Part shown: piece by piece, positions 1-7,704 of the stretch
Numbering within the stretch: position 1 is the first letter of the stretch
Layout of the letters: every line of letters begins with the position of its first letter
Assembly (NCBI RefSeq): GCF_012955605.1
Contig: NZ_CP052135.1
Location: 1,623,469-1,647,468 of the forward strand
Direction of reading: 5' to 3'
Length of the DNA stretch: 24,000 nt
DNA from: Bacillus fonticola
GTDB lineage: Bacteria; Bacillota; Bacilli; Bacillales; JC228
Translations under genes and position numbers: made by a program
The notes under the pieces: generated by a model
Told to the model about the DNA's origin: nothing
What the model saw: only the letters and a program-made list of their open reading frames with translations
The model's database searches: none

Positions 1-433
1 GAAAATCGTGAGTGTAAGGAAGATAGACAGTTTGAATTTTCTCATTCTTTGCCGCTAAAATCGCTGGCAACATCCCTTCAACCGGTCGAATTGAACCATC
101 AAGAGACAAAACACCAAGAAACGCAACATCTTCCGGAATAGGATCGTGAATATATCCGGCTTCTTTCATTATTCCTACAGCCATGGCGACATCGAAGATA
201 GGACTATTTTTCCTCTGTTCGGCAGGCGATAAGTTAATGACCACCTTCTGATCAGGGACCACACAGTCGTTTGCAAACAAAGCAGCCATCACCCGATCCT
301 TTGACTCCTTAACAGCAGCATCTGGTAAACCAACAACTGTCACCCCCTCAACTCCTGGAATTATTTGAACCTCAACATGGACTCTATAACCTTCAAGACC
401 CTTAAGACCAACACTTGTTATCACCGTTGCCAT
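1..433 (-). CDS. comM: ComM/YifB-family Mg-chelatase-like AAA+ protein, N-terminal part only (gene runs off the left edge)
   Basis: Absent from the ORF track because it is cut by the window edge. Translation from ATG at 433: MATVITSVGLKGLEGYRVHVEVQIIPGVEGVTVVGLPDAAVKESKDRVMAAL...FLGVLSLDGSIRPVEGMLPAILAAK. This is the Lon-protease-like N-domain typical of ComM/YifB. GGAGG-type RBS at 441-450. Confidence 0.8.
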   Translation of the reverse strand, partial: MATVITSVGLKGLEGYRVHVEVQIIPGVEGVTVVGLPDAAVKESKDRVMAALFANDCVVPDQKVVINLSPAEQRKNSPIFDVAMAVGIMKEAGYIHDPIPEDVAFLGVLSLDGSIRPVEGMLPAILAAKNEKIQTVYLPYTHDF

Positions 434-456
434 GATTTTAAAACCTCCCCACTAAG

Positions 457-468
457 GAACATATGTTC
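457..468. promoter_or_regulatory. LexA (Cheo/SOS) box GAACATATGTTC
   Basis: Perfect GAAC-N4-GTTC palindrome just downstream of the predicted -10 of the comM-like gene. A second half-matching box GGAAAAATGTTC lies at 486-497 inside the promoter spacer. Confidence 0.55.
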
Positions 469-477
469 TATTCGTTT

Positions 478-506
478 ATAGTAATGGAAAAATGTTCTAT
501 TGTCAA
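478..506 (-). promoter_or_regulatory. sigma-A type promoter of the comM-like gene
   Basis: Minus strand reads TTGACA (506-501), a 17 nt spacer, then TACTAT (483-478), about 45 nt upstream of the ATG. Confidence 0.45.
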
Positions 507-539
507 CACCTTTTTTATTTAAGTATTCCTAAAAAGCAA

Positions 540-835
540 TCGGAATGACCACGCAACACTCCATCAGCTTCTGTCACCCTATCACTTGAATGAATCTATC
601 ATGGGTGCTATTACAAACACTGTAATCTTCTGTGAAAAAGGACGGAGTTACGCAGAACTAATGTTCCATTTTTGTGTGATATAAGCGATAAATCCCTGAA
701 TTTGATTGTCACCTTTTATCGTCAACTTCTTCAACCTACAGGTGTTAAATAATAGTAAATAGTCCAATCAAACTTACTCCAGCCGTGCTTTGGACCAATT
801 TGCTTTAGGTCTTCTTTTGCAGAAAAAACTCCCAC
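540..835 (-). pseudogene. Decayed GNAT-like acetyltransferase fragment, paralog of 20522-20755
   Basis: Minus-strand reading gives EDLKQIGPKHGWSKFDWTIYYY..(stop)..IKGDNQIQGFIAYI with stops and frameshifts. Bases 715-830 align at nucleotide level with 20530-20640. Confidence 0.35.
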
Positions 836-903
836 TAAATCTTGACTCAATCCACCGCACTTTTTCTCTTCCTTACAAGAATCTTTTTCTGTATAATGGA
901 CAT

Positions 904-1035
904 ATAATTAAAGAGAGAAGTGCGCTAACACTTCTCCCTGCAACCTCTACCGTCAGGGTGGTGGTTGTCATAAGTTTATTTCTCTTTATGAGAACCACCC
1001 TGTTGCTTGTGACGGCGTAGGGTGGTTTTCTCGTT
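904..1035 (+). ncRNA. Predicted antisense RNA of small-basic-peptide module, copy A
   Basis: Extended -10 TGTATAAT (TATAAT at 892-897). 5' hairpin GAGAAGTG/CACTTCTC at 913-938. Terminator-like stem AACCACCCT (993-1001) / AGGGTGGTT (1019-1027) followed by TTTCTCGTT. Fully complementary to the 3' end of the minus-strand peptide mRNA. Ends are estimates. Confidence 0.45.
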
Positions 1036-1125
1036 CTCTAGGACGTGTTTGCGTAAAAAATGTGCGGTTATTTCACGCACCATTCCCTTCACAACCTCAC
1101 GTACGAGTTCAAGAAATGTTTCCAT
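976..1125 (-). CDS. 49-aa basic small protein, copy A (unknown family)
   Basis: METFLELVREVVKGMVREITAHFLRKHVLENEKTTLRRHKQQGGSHKEK. GGGGAGGTGA RBS 7 nt upstream of the ATG at 1125; the track's upstream start is unlikely. TATAAT on the minus strand at 1208-1203. Same 49-codon frame is kept in copies at 11226-11375 and 17387-17536. Confidence 0.6.
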   Translation of the reverse strand: METFLELVREVVKGMVREITAHFLRKHVLENEKTTLRRHKQQGGSHKEK

Positions 1126-1436
1126 GATTATCACCTCCCCCCGATCCAAATCGGAAAGAAGACTGACAACCAACCACCCTCACAATATTCAGCTGCACAT
1201 CTATTATACTCTCTTGTATAGAAGATTACTAGAAAAATCAGAAACATACGTTCCCTTTTTGTAAGGCTTCATCAAGTGGTTCTCTATTTATCAATGTCAT
1301 TCGGTAAAGTCACCAGTTTTAAAGGCTATCAACTAATGTGAAACAATGTCGTGAAACAAGAAAATTCGGTTGATGACAGTGGATTGTGCCCATCATAGGC
1401 ACCATGACCAAAAATTTTCCGGTACACTCATCCTCA

Positions 1437-1624
1437 TGTATGAATAAACATAGTGAAGTAATAAAAAAAGACCGCGGTAGCATCAACTACACACGGTCAG
1501 GTGCAACTTACACGCCGCAAGGGTAGCGGCTAAAGAAATAGTCATCTAACTTTTGGCGGTCAGGGTGGATATTTCTTTTCTGTAATGGCGACAACGATGG
1601 CTACGATTGTTCTATGTACACAGC
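1437..1624 (-). pseudogene. Decayed type I toxin/antisense locus, copy 1
   Basis: Nucleotide homolog of 13098-13341. The toxin ORF is frameshifted (..AVYIEQS stop) and cut at 1624/1625 by the Y1 transposase gene. The antisense -10 carries a 5 nt deletion relative to copy 3. Confidence 0.5.
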
Positions 1625-2413
1625 TTATGCCTTAAATATAAGACTTAAAGAAATGCCAAAGATCCTCGCAGTCTGACGCAGCGACAACCCTTCGATTCCT
1701 TTTACCTGTCGCAGCACTTCATTTCTTTTTATCTTAGGTAAACTCTTTACTTGTGGAATTTCAATCGTACCAAGCAGTTTTTTGATTTCCAGCCGTGCTT
1801 CTTCATCAGATAATCTTTTTTTATCCACTCTTTCATCTAGGCATTTATCATTATTTTTTCTTTCATTAAATTCTTTAAATCTTTCTATAGCAATTGTAGG
1901 ATGCGTAGAAAACATCCTTAAAATATAATCAAAATCTAGTAAACTGTTAGGATAGGAACTTTTACCATAGTATCCACAACAGCTACTCCACCTCCATTCA
2001 TCCGCCTGACTAACCATTCCAGCTTTCACTGGATTTTGGTGGATATACCTCACAACTGTCAGTAAATATTTATTATTTTCAACACTTTCACTTTTGAACC
2101 GATCCTGAAATAGGTGTCCTATTGTCCTGTACTTCCAGTTGTAGTATCCGACATAGCTCACCCCCATCCGTTTCATAGTAATTGAAATGTCTTCATTGCC
2201 CTCTTTTATCAGCAGATGAACATGATTGGTCATCAAGCACCAAGCATATACGTTCAATCCACATTTATTTTTATGTTTTTTGAGAATATCAAGAAACTTT
2301 GTCCAGTCCTCATCATCATGGAATATTTCCTGCCTATTAGCTCCTCTCCAAATGATATGATAAATTCCAGTTTTACTTTTTACTCTAGCTCCACGGGGCA
2401 TCTCTATCACCAC
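1625..2413 (-). CDS. IS200-like/REP-associated Y1 (HUH) tyrosine transposase with C-terminal HTH
   Basis: HUH motif in LMTNHVHLLI, catalytic Tyr context VRYIHQNPVKAG, C-terminal HTH-like LSLRQTARIFGIS. The likely true start is the ATG at 2401 (MPRGARVKSK). Confidence 0.88.
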   Translation of the reverse strand: MVIEMPRGARVKSKTGIYHIIWRGANRQEIFHDDEDWTKFLDILKKHKNKCGLNVYAWCLMTNHVHLLIKEGNEDISITMKRMGVSYVGYYNWKYRTIGHLFQDRFKSESVENNKYLLTVVRYIHQNPVKAGMVSQADEWRWSSCCGYYGKSSYPNSLLDFDYILRMFSTHPTIAIERFKEFNERKNNDKCLDERVDKKRLSDEEARLEIKKLLGTIEIPQVKSLPKIKRNEVLRQVKGIEGLSLRQTARIFGISLSLIFKA

Positions 2414-2465
2414 TATCCATTAAATTCGTATTACCATTTCCCCACCTTTTTTGTTCTTTGGGGTG

Positions 2466-3135
2466 ATACGGCGTAATGCGACCGCTATCCAAATGGATTC
2501 ATCTGTGATTTCTCGGCTGCCTTCAAACTCAGAGATTGTTCTTGCCAAGCGATTGATTTTGATTTGAACACGATTGTCCATTGTTTCTTGAACTATATGA
2601 GAAAAAAGATCGATGGATGGGTTGCGAAGGTTTATGTAGGGGAAGTAATCCTTGCCCTGACAAATGTTGTATTACCTCATGGATATGTTGAATGACAATA
2701 CATTCCAGTCCTTGGAACATTTCTAAGGGGATTAGCGAATCAAACGGTAAATAAACTCTCTTGAATCCTAGAGTTTTGGCTGCAATGAGTGCAGGGAGAA
2801 TTCCTTCTACCTTCTCTACTGTACCGTCCAAAGACAGCGCTCCAATACATACCGTGTCTTCAGAAAATTCCTCCTCCAACTTTCCCTTCTCTTTCAAAAT
2901 TCCATTGCCATTGCCATTGCCAAATCAAAAAATGGTCCGTTTTACTTTTGCTCTGATGGAGATAGGTTCACAACAATCTTCTGTTCCGACACATCACAAC
3001 CTAATGTGTGCACTGCTGAGAGCACCCTCTCCTTAGATTCCTTTACAGAAGATCCGGCAGACATTGACTCCTTTCTCTGTGAAACATGCACCTGAACGCG
3101 GTAGCCTTCAAGCCCTTTTAAATCGATGCTGGAAA
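2466..3135 (-). pseudogene. comM/yifB-like pseudogene: N-domain fused to C-terminal end, AAA+ core missing, several stops
   Basis: Reads SSIDLKGLEGYRVQVHV..VKESKERVLSAV..QKIVVNLSPSEQK(stop)..GALSLDGTVEKVEGILPALIAAK.. and then ..DNRVQIKINRLARTISEFEGSREITDESIWIAVALRR, a ChlI/ComM C-terminal helix region. Track ORF 2529-2897 is one piece of it. Confidence 0.75.
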
Positions 3136-3471
3136 CTTTGGTAGTCTATTTAACAAGCCTCTGTAAACGCTAAAATAGATTATTGAGATGAAAAGGTGAA
3201 ATGAATGTTTATAAATGTGCTTGGAGAAAAAGAAATGGGTGAGTGAAATGATATCGGATAGAAGAAAAGCAGATTTTGTGATTCTATATTCATATTCAAC
3301 ATCTAGTTCTGACTTCCTTCAATTATTCCTAGTAAATTAAAAAAGCAGAAAAAAATAAAGAACTTTGTCTCGGTTTACTATATTGGTAAAAATTAGGGTG
3401 GAACAAGACCCGTCCCCGTGTTTCCCGTGTTTCCCCTTCACACTAAGCATACCTTCATGTATAATAAGATA

Positions 3472-3600
3472 TAAATAAAGAGAGAAGTGTATCGACACTT
3501 CCCTCTGCACCTCTACCGTCAGGGTGGTGGTTGTCAATGAATTTTATTTCTTTTGAGAACCACCCTCTTGCTTCCTACGGCGCGGGGTGGTTTTCTCGTT
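3472..3600 (+). ncRNA. Predicted antisense RNA of small-basic-peptide module, copy B
   Basis: TTCACA, 17 nt spacer, TGTATAAT (TATAAT at 3460-3465). Same 5' hairpin and AACCACCC/GGGTGGTT terminator as copies A, C and D. Confidence 0.4.
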
Positions 3601-3660
3601 CTCTAGGACGTTTTTACGAAAAGAATGTGCGGTTACTTCACGCACCATTCCTTTCACAAC
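3544..3660 (-). pseudogene. 5'-truncated copy of the 49-aa basic peptide gene, copy B
   Basis: Encodes VVKGMVREVTAHSFRKNVLENEKTTPRRRKQEGGSQKK(stop). Start codon, RBS and promoter are lost at the duplication junction at 3660. Confidence 0.6.
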
Positions 3661-3743
3661 ATCTAGTTCTGACTTTCTTCAATTATTCCTAGTAAATTAA
3701 AAAAACAGAAAAAATAAAGAACTTTGTCTCTGTTTACTATATT

Positions 3744-3785
3744 GGTAAAAATTAGGGAAACACAAGAACCGTCCCCGTGTTTCCC
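3744..3785 (-). terminator. Rho-independent terminator after licR, built from a dispersed repeat
   Basis: Minus strand reads GGGAAACAC, a 13 nt loop, GTGTTTCCC, then TAATTTTTACC. It begins 3 nt after the licR stop codon. Confidence 0.55.
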
Positions 3786-3787
3786 CC

Positions 3788-5719
3788 TCACTCTAGCACA
3801 TGGATAAATTCTTCAAAGGTTTTCACACTGATTAACTTTTGAACAATCGGAGGATTCTCGATAATATTCCCTAATAAATCATACATTGATTGCAAGTCTT
3901 CGGTACTGTTTTTCTTTACACAAAGTAAACAAATAAATTGTACTAGCCTATCATTCCAATTAATAGGTTTATCTAATGTGCAAATAGCAAGAAATGTAGT
4001 TTCAGATTTTGGTGCAATGGGATGGGGAACTGCCACCAAATTACCAAAGGATGTAGGGGATATTCCCTCCCGTTCATACACGGCCTCGAGAAAAGTATCT
4101 TCGACTAATCCATTTTTATGCAATTGGTTATGCATAAATTCCAAAACCTCTTCTTTAGAATTAAAGCTTTTTCTTAAATACATGAGCTCTTTTTGGAAAT
4201 AACGATTTACACTCTGCTTGCTTTCAACTACAAAGTCCCTTATTTTCTTAAGGTCATTATCTCCCAAAATAGCATTTACCTCTACTACTGGTACAGGTAA
4301 ATCCCCTGAAATTGGAATGGAACTGACAATAAAATCAATATCGTTTAAATCAAGTTTATCAAGCTTATAATATTCCGTTGTACCAATTACATCAATTTCT
4401 CTACTGAATTTAGACTTTATCTTATAATAGATCAGTTTTGCTGTACCCAAACCGGAAGCACAAACGATCAAGCAGCGTTTAGGACCTGATTTTAATTTTT
4501 GCCTTTCCATTGCCGCTCCAATATGAAGCGCAAGATATCCGATCTCATTTTCATTAATTTTGGTTCCTGTATGTTCTTCTATCACAACTCCTGCTATGAT
4601 TCCCGCTTCAAATGCTAATGGATAGTTCTGTTTAATATCCTTAAGCATTGGGTTTCGTACATTCATTCCATATTTATAGCGATTGATCGAAGGTTTTAAG
4701 TGTAATCCCAAACCAATAATTAATTCTTTATCCAAACTTATTCCTAGATTAAATTCCGCTTCTATTTTTTCAAGCACTACCATGACTAATTGATACATAT
4801 CACCTTCTAAAACTTGTTCAACAACTTCATCAGCATCATTCGTTTGAGATAACATTTTTGTACCTAGTAAGTGAATGGCAATATATGCGATTTCAGCTTG
4901 GGGAAATTGAACATGAAAGGTATCTTCAACTTCCTTCACAATCTGTTTCGCTACTAAATATTCCCTCTGATCAGTAATAGATTGCATATCTGCTTGATAA
5001 AATGTCACATGATATCCACTTTTTATCCGTTTATAGGCGATTGCAATATGGATGAGGAGATTATTCAATGCAATATCTGATAAGGTTATTTTATTGTTCT
5101 CTATTTGTCTCATTATTATAGCCAAAATAGAATCCAAATCTGTTTTAGCCAAAGACGCTAGATGTGCTTCAACAGGATGATCACTTGTCTCCTCATTACG
5201 ATCGAATAAATATTCGGCCACACAGAAACGGCGTTTTAACTCGCTACCTCTAACAGTTAATCCATAATTAGGACGTGATTCCAGACGAATACCATATCCG
5301 CTCAATATATGTTTAACCTGTTTTAAATCATTTTGGATTGTTGATTTACTTACATACATTTCCTCAGCTAAATCATCAAGCTTTTCATACCCTTCACTTA
5401 ACAATAAGCGTTTTATTAAATAAGTTAACCGTTCTTCTGGCGATTTCGGTATAACTGTGCTATCAGAAACCTCTTCCTTAAAAACAGATTGTAAATATTT
5501 ACGGAACTTTAAAGCATCATCAATGAACAACTGATACCCTTTACCCATAATAGAATCGATATGTGCACCATTGTCGGAAATCGACGCATTAATACTTTTC
5601 ACGTCTTCCCTTGTAGTACGTGGTGTTACCTGATTTATATTCGCTAAATATTTTCCTGTGAGAGTAGTTTGTGCCGCCATTAATTCGCGTAGAACTGTTT
5701 TCATTCTGGAGTTCAACAT
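3788..5719 (-). CDS. licR: LicR/MtlR-type PRD-containing transcriptional activator (HTH, two PRDs, EIIB-like, EIIA-like)
   Basis: N-terminal HTH region, duplicated PRD-like segments, EIIB Cys context CLIVCASGLGTAKL, C-terminal EIIA-2-like VAVPHP. Start moved to ATG at 5719 (MLNSRMK), which has an AAGGAGA RBS. Confidence 0.85.
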   Translation of the reverse strand: MLNSRMKTVLRELMAAQTTLTGKYLANINQVTPRTTREDVKSINASISDNGAHIDSIMGKGYQLFIDDALKFRKYLQSVFKEEVSDSTVIPKSPEERLTYLIKRLLLSEGYEKLDDLAEEMYVSKSTIQNDLKQVKHILSGYGIRLESRPNYGLTVRGSELKRRFCVAEYLFDRNEETSDHPVEAHLASLAKTDLDSILAIIMRQIENNKITLSDIALNNLLIHIAIAYKRIKSGYHVTFYQADMQSITDQREYLVAKQIVKEVEDTFHVQFPQAEIAYIAIHLLGTKMLSQTNDADEVVEQVLEGDMYQLVMVVLEKIEAEFNLGISLDKELIIGLGLHLKPSINRYKYGMNVRNPMLKDIKQNYPLAFEAGIIAGVVIEEHTGTKINENEIGYLALHIGAAMERQKLKSGPKRCLIVCASGLGTAKLIYYKIKSKFSREIDVIGTTEYYKLDKLDLNDIDFIVSSIPISGDLPVPVVEVNAILGDNDLKKIRDFVVESKQSVNRYFQKELMYLRKSFNSKEEVLEFMHNQLHKNGLVEDTFLEAVYEREGISPTSFGNLVAVPHPIAPKSETTFLAICTLDKPINWNDRLVQFICLLCVKKNSTEDLQSMYDLLGNIIENPPIVQKLISVKTFEEFIHVLE

Positions 5720-5965
5720 AGTGGTTCTTCTCCTTATAAAATGCATCCGTTATTCTACTATACCGCTAATATTGAAATACTAAAAGGCCCTGATTCTATC
5801 ATGAACCAGAACCCATCAAATCATAGTTTAAAAATTACATTATATAAGATTGTTAAGGAATTGTGGTGAATAGTCTTTATGAGAGTCTCGAGCATTTCAG
5901 CAACTCCCATCCGCATTCCAAACAGGACATTTCATAATCCAACCGTTTTTGCCGCCTCGAATCAG

Positions 5966-7354
5966 TTAAAATCCATTATTCTCAGAAACTGCTTTGATCC
6001 AATGTGCACTTTTCTTCCATGTTCGTTTCTTCGTTTCAACATCAACAGAAATAAAGCCATAACGATTTTTGTAGGCATTCATCCATGACCAGTTATCCAT
6101 AAAGGACCACAAATGGTACCCCTTTGCATTGCATCCTGCTTCGATTGCTTTGTGTAGCCATTTCAAGTGTTCACGAATAAATTCAATTCGGTAATCATCC
6201 TGAATTTCACCGTCCTGAATAAATCGACTTTCACCTTCGACTCCCATACCATTTTCTGAGATAAATGACTCGATATTTCCATAATTCTCTTTTAAATTGA
6301 TCATGATGTCATAAATACCTTTTTCATAGATTTCCCAGCCACGATATTTATTCATCTTTCTACCAGGCATTTCATAGTTATCAAAAAACCAATCAGGCAT
6401 AAATGGACTATATGGATTTGGTAAATGATCTTTTGCTTTTACCCTTCTTGGCTGGTAATAATTCACACCAAGAATATCCGCAGTATTGGCTTTTAACAAT
6501 GCACCGTCACCTTTTTGTGTAACCGGTAATTGTCCATGCTCACGTAAGATTTCGATTAATTCTTCGGGGTATTCCCCTAATACTGCTGGATCAAGAAAGC
6601 TACGGTTGAAAAATAAATCTGCTATACGCGATGCTTTAAGATCAGCAGGGTTTTGGCTTCGTGGATACGAAGGTGTCAGGTTTAAAATAATACCTATTTT
6701 CCCACCATTAACGTCAAAGGTACGGAAAGCTTCAACAGCCTTTGCATGGGCAATCATCGTATGGTATGCCACCTGTGTCGCACGTCTTGCATCGACAACA
6801 TTTGGATAATGGAAATCGTACAGGTAACCACCTTCCACCGGTACAATCGGTTCGTTGAATGTAAACCATTTTTCGACCCGGTCTCCGAATAGGCTAAAAG
6901 CTTCTTTTGCATAGTCTACATAAGCTTCTACTACTTCTCGATTTTCCCAACCACCTTCATGTTGTAATTCCAATGGCATATCAAAATGGAAAAGATTCAC
7001 AAACGGTTCAATCCCGTTAGCAAGTAGCTCATCAATTACATTATTATAAAATGTCACAGCTTCTGGGTTAACTTCCCCGCGTCCACCGGGAATTAATCGA
7101 GCCCAGGAAATAGACATGCGGAATGTATTGTGACCAATTTCCTTCATCGTTTGAATATCTTCTTTATAGACATGATAAAAGTCTGAGGTGGACTCAGGTC
7201 CTACATTATCAAAAAAGCGATTGGGCTCTGTTTTATACCAGTGATCCCAAATATTTTCGCCTTTTCCACCTTCATGTGCTGCGCCTTCAATTTGTGTTGC
7301 GGAGGTTGCGCTTCCCCACCAGAAACCGCTTGGAAATTTATAATTTATAGACAT
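5966..7354 (-). CDS. bglA: GH1 6-phospho-beta-glucosidase
   Basis: GFWWGSATSATQIEGA N-terminal signature, acid/base TFNEP, nucleophile ISENG. Sits in a PTS cellobiose-type operon. Confidence 0.92.
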   Translation of the reverse strand: MSINYKFPSGFWWGSATSATQIEGAAHEGGKGENIWDHWYKTEPNRFFDNVGPESTSDFYHVYKEDIQTMKEIGHNTFRMSISWARLIPGGRGEVNPEAVTFYNNVIDELLANGIEPFVNLFHFDMPLELQHEGGWENREVVEAYVDYAKEAFSLFGDRVEKWFTFNEPIVPVEGGYLYDFHYPNVVDARRATQVAYHTMIAHAKAVEAFRTFDVNGGKIGIILNLTPSYPRSQNPADLKASRIADLFFNRSFLDPAVLGEYPEELIEILREHGQLPVTQKGDGALLKANTADILGVNYYQPRRVKAKDHLPNPYSPFMPDWFFDNYEMPGRKMNKYRGWEIYEKGIYDIMINLKENYGNIESFISENGMGVEGESRFIQDGEIQDDYRIEFIREHLKWLHKAIEAGCNAKGYHLWSFMDNWSWMNAYKNRYGFISVDVETKKRTWKKSAHWIKAVSENNGF

Positions 7355-7368
7355 ATAGTTACCTCCCC

Positions 7369-7674
7369 TTATTTGTTTCGATAGATTTCAATAATTTCAA
7401 CAGCTAGATCTCTAACAGTCATGGAAGTCATTAAATGATCCTGTGAATGAACTAAAATCACATTAACTCCAGTCCCCTCACCACTCGCTTCCTCCTGAAG
7501 TAGTTTGGTTTGGTAGCCATGTGCCTTCCCAAGCTCGGTACTTGCTTCTTCAATCAATCTGTCAGCTTCATCAAAATTACCCGCTTTTGCCTCTTGTATT
7601 GCCTCCATTGCGCTAGATTTACCATTTCCAGCATATAAAATAATTTGAAAGGAAATTTCTGTTAATTTATCCAT
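7369..7674 (-). CDS. licA: PTS lactose/cellobiose family EIIA
   Basis: MDKLTEISFQIILYAGNGKSSAMEAIQEAK...HSQDHLMTS. AGAGGTGA RBS before the ATG at 7674. The track's longer N-terminus overlaps EIIC and is unlikely. Confidence 0.88.
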   Translation of the reverse strand: MDKLTEISFQIILYAGNGKSSAMEAIQEAKAGNFDEADRLIEEASTELGKAHGYQTKLLQEEASGEGTGVNVILVHSQDHLMTSMTVRDLAVEIIEIYRNK

Positions 7675-7704
7675 GTGCCATTCACCTCTGAAGTCTGCAA
7701 TATT

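Larger units (their letters stand above)
3297..3800. repeat. About 1.4 copies of a 360 bp tandem duplication at the licR 3' end
   Basis: 3297-3445 and 3657-3800 are near-identical (caacatctagttctgact..tttactatattggtaaaaattaggg..ccgtccccgtgtttcccc). A truncated small-peptide module lies between them. Confidence 0.8.

Noticed and set aside
1241-1254. LexA-like box GAAACATACGTTCC as the direct repressor site of the small-peptide promoters
   Set aside because: The core has one mismatch and lies at about -58 to -45 relative to the predicted start, upstream of the -35 and outside the usual repression position. Its recurrence in copies C and D is explained by the copies being homologous. It is kept only as a side note under the SOS finding.
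1022-1264. Plus-strand ORFs of 67-81 aa antisense to the small basic peptide genes (also 11272-11475 and 17433-17678)
   Set aside because: They have no RBS and Ser/Thr/Arg-rich low-complexity translations typical of the reverse frame of a real gene. The minus-strand 49-codon frame has the strong RBS and conserved length.
2901-2921. Short tandem repeat (CATTGC)x3
   Set aside because: This is a trivial microsatellite inside the comM-like pseudogene, corresponding to AMAMAM where the intact copy has AMAVGIM. It is not a CRISPR or a regulatory array.
3337-3537. ORFs starting MTTTTLTVE (also 17142-17381) and plus-strand ORF 790-1020
   Set aside because: These are artefacts of reading through the conserved GACAACCACCACCCTGACGGTAGAGG repeat and promoter regions. 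They have no RBS, and the sequence downstream of the shared start is unrelated between copies.
6486-6809. Antisense ORFs inside well-supported genes (also 3978-4202, 7123-7350, 8025-8333, 8964-9386, 9542-9769, 14382-14657, 14654-15013, 15269-15553, 15596-15850, 16576-16893, 18785-18973, 21215-21409, 21484-21692, 21957-22154)
   Set aside because: Each lies fully within or opposite a long ORF with clear family signatures. They lack RBSs and have low-complexity composition.
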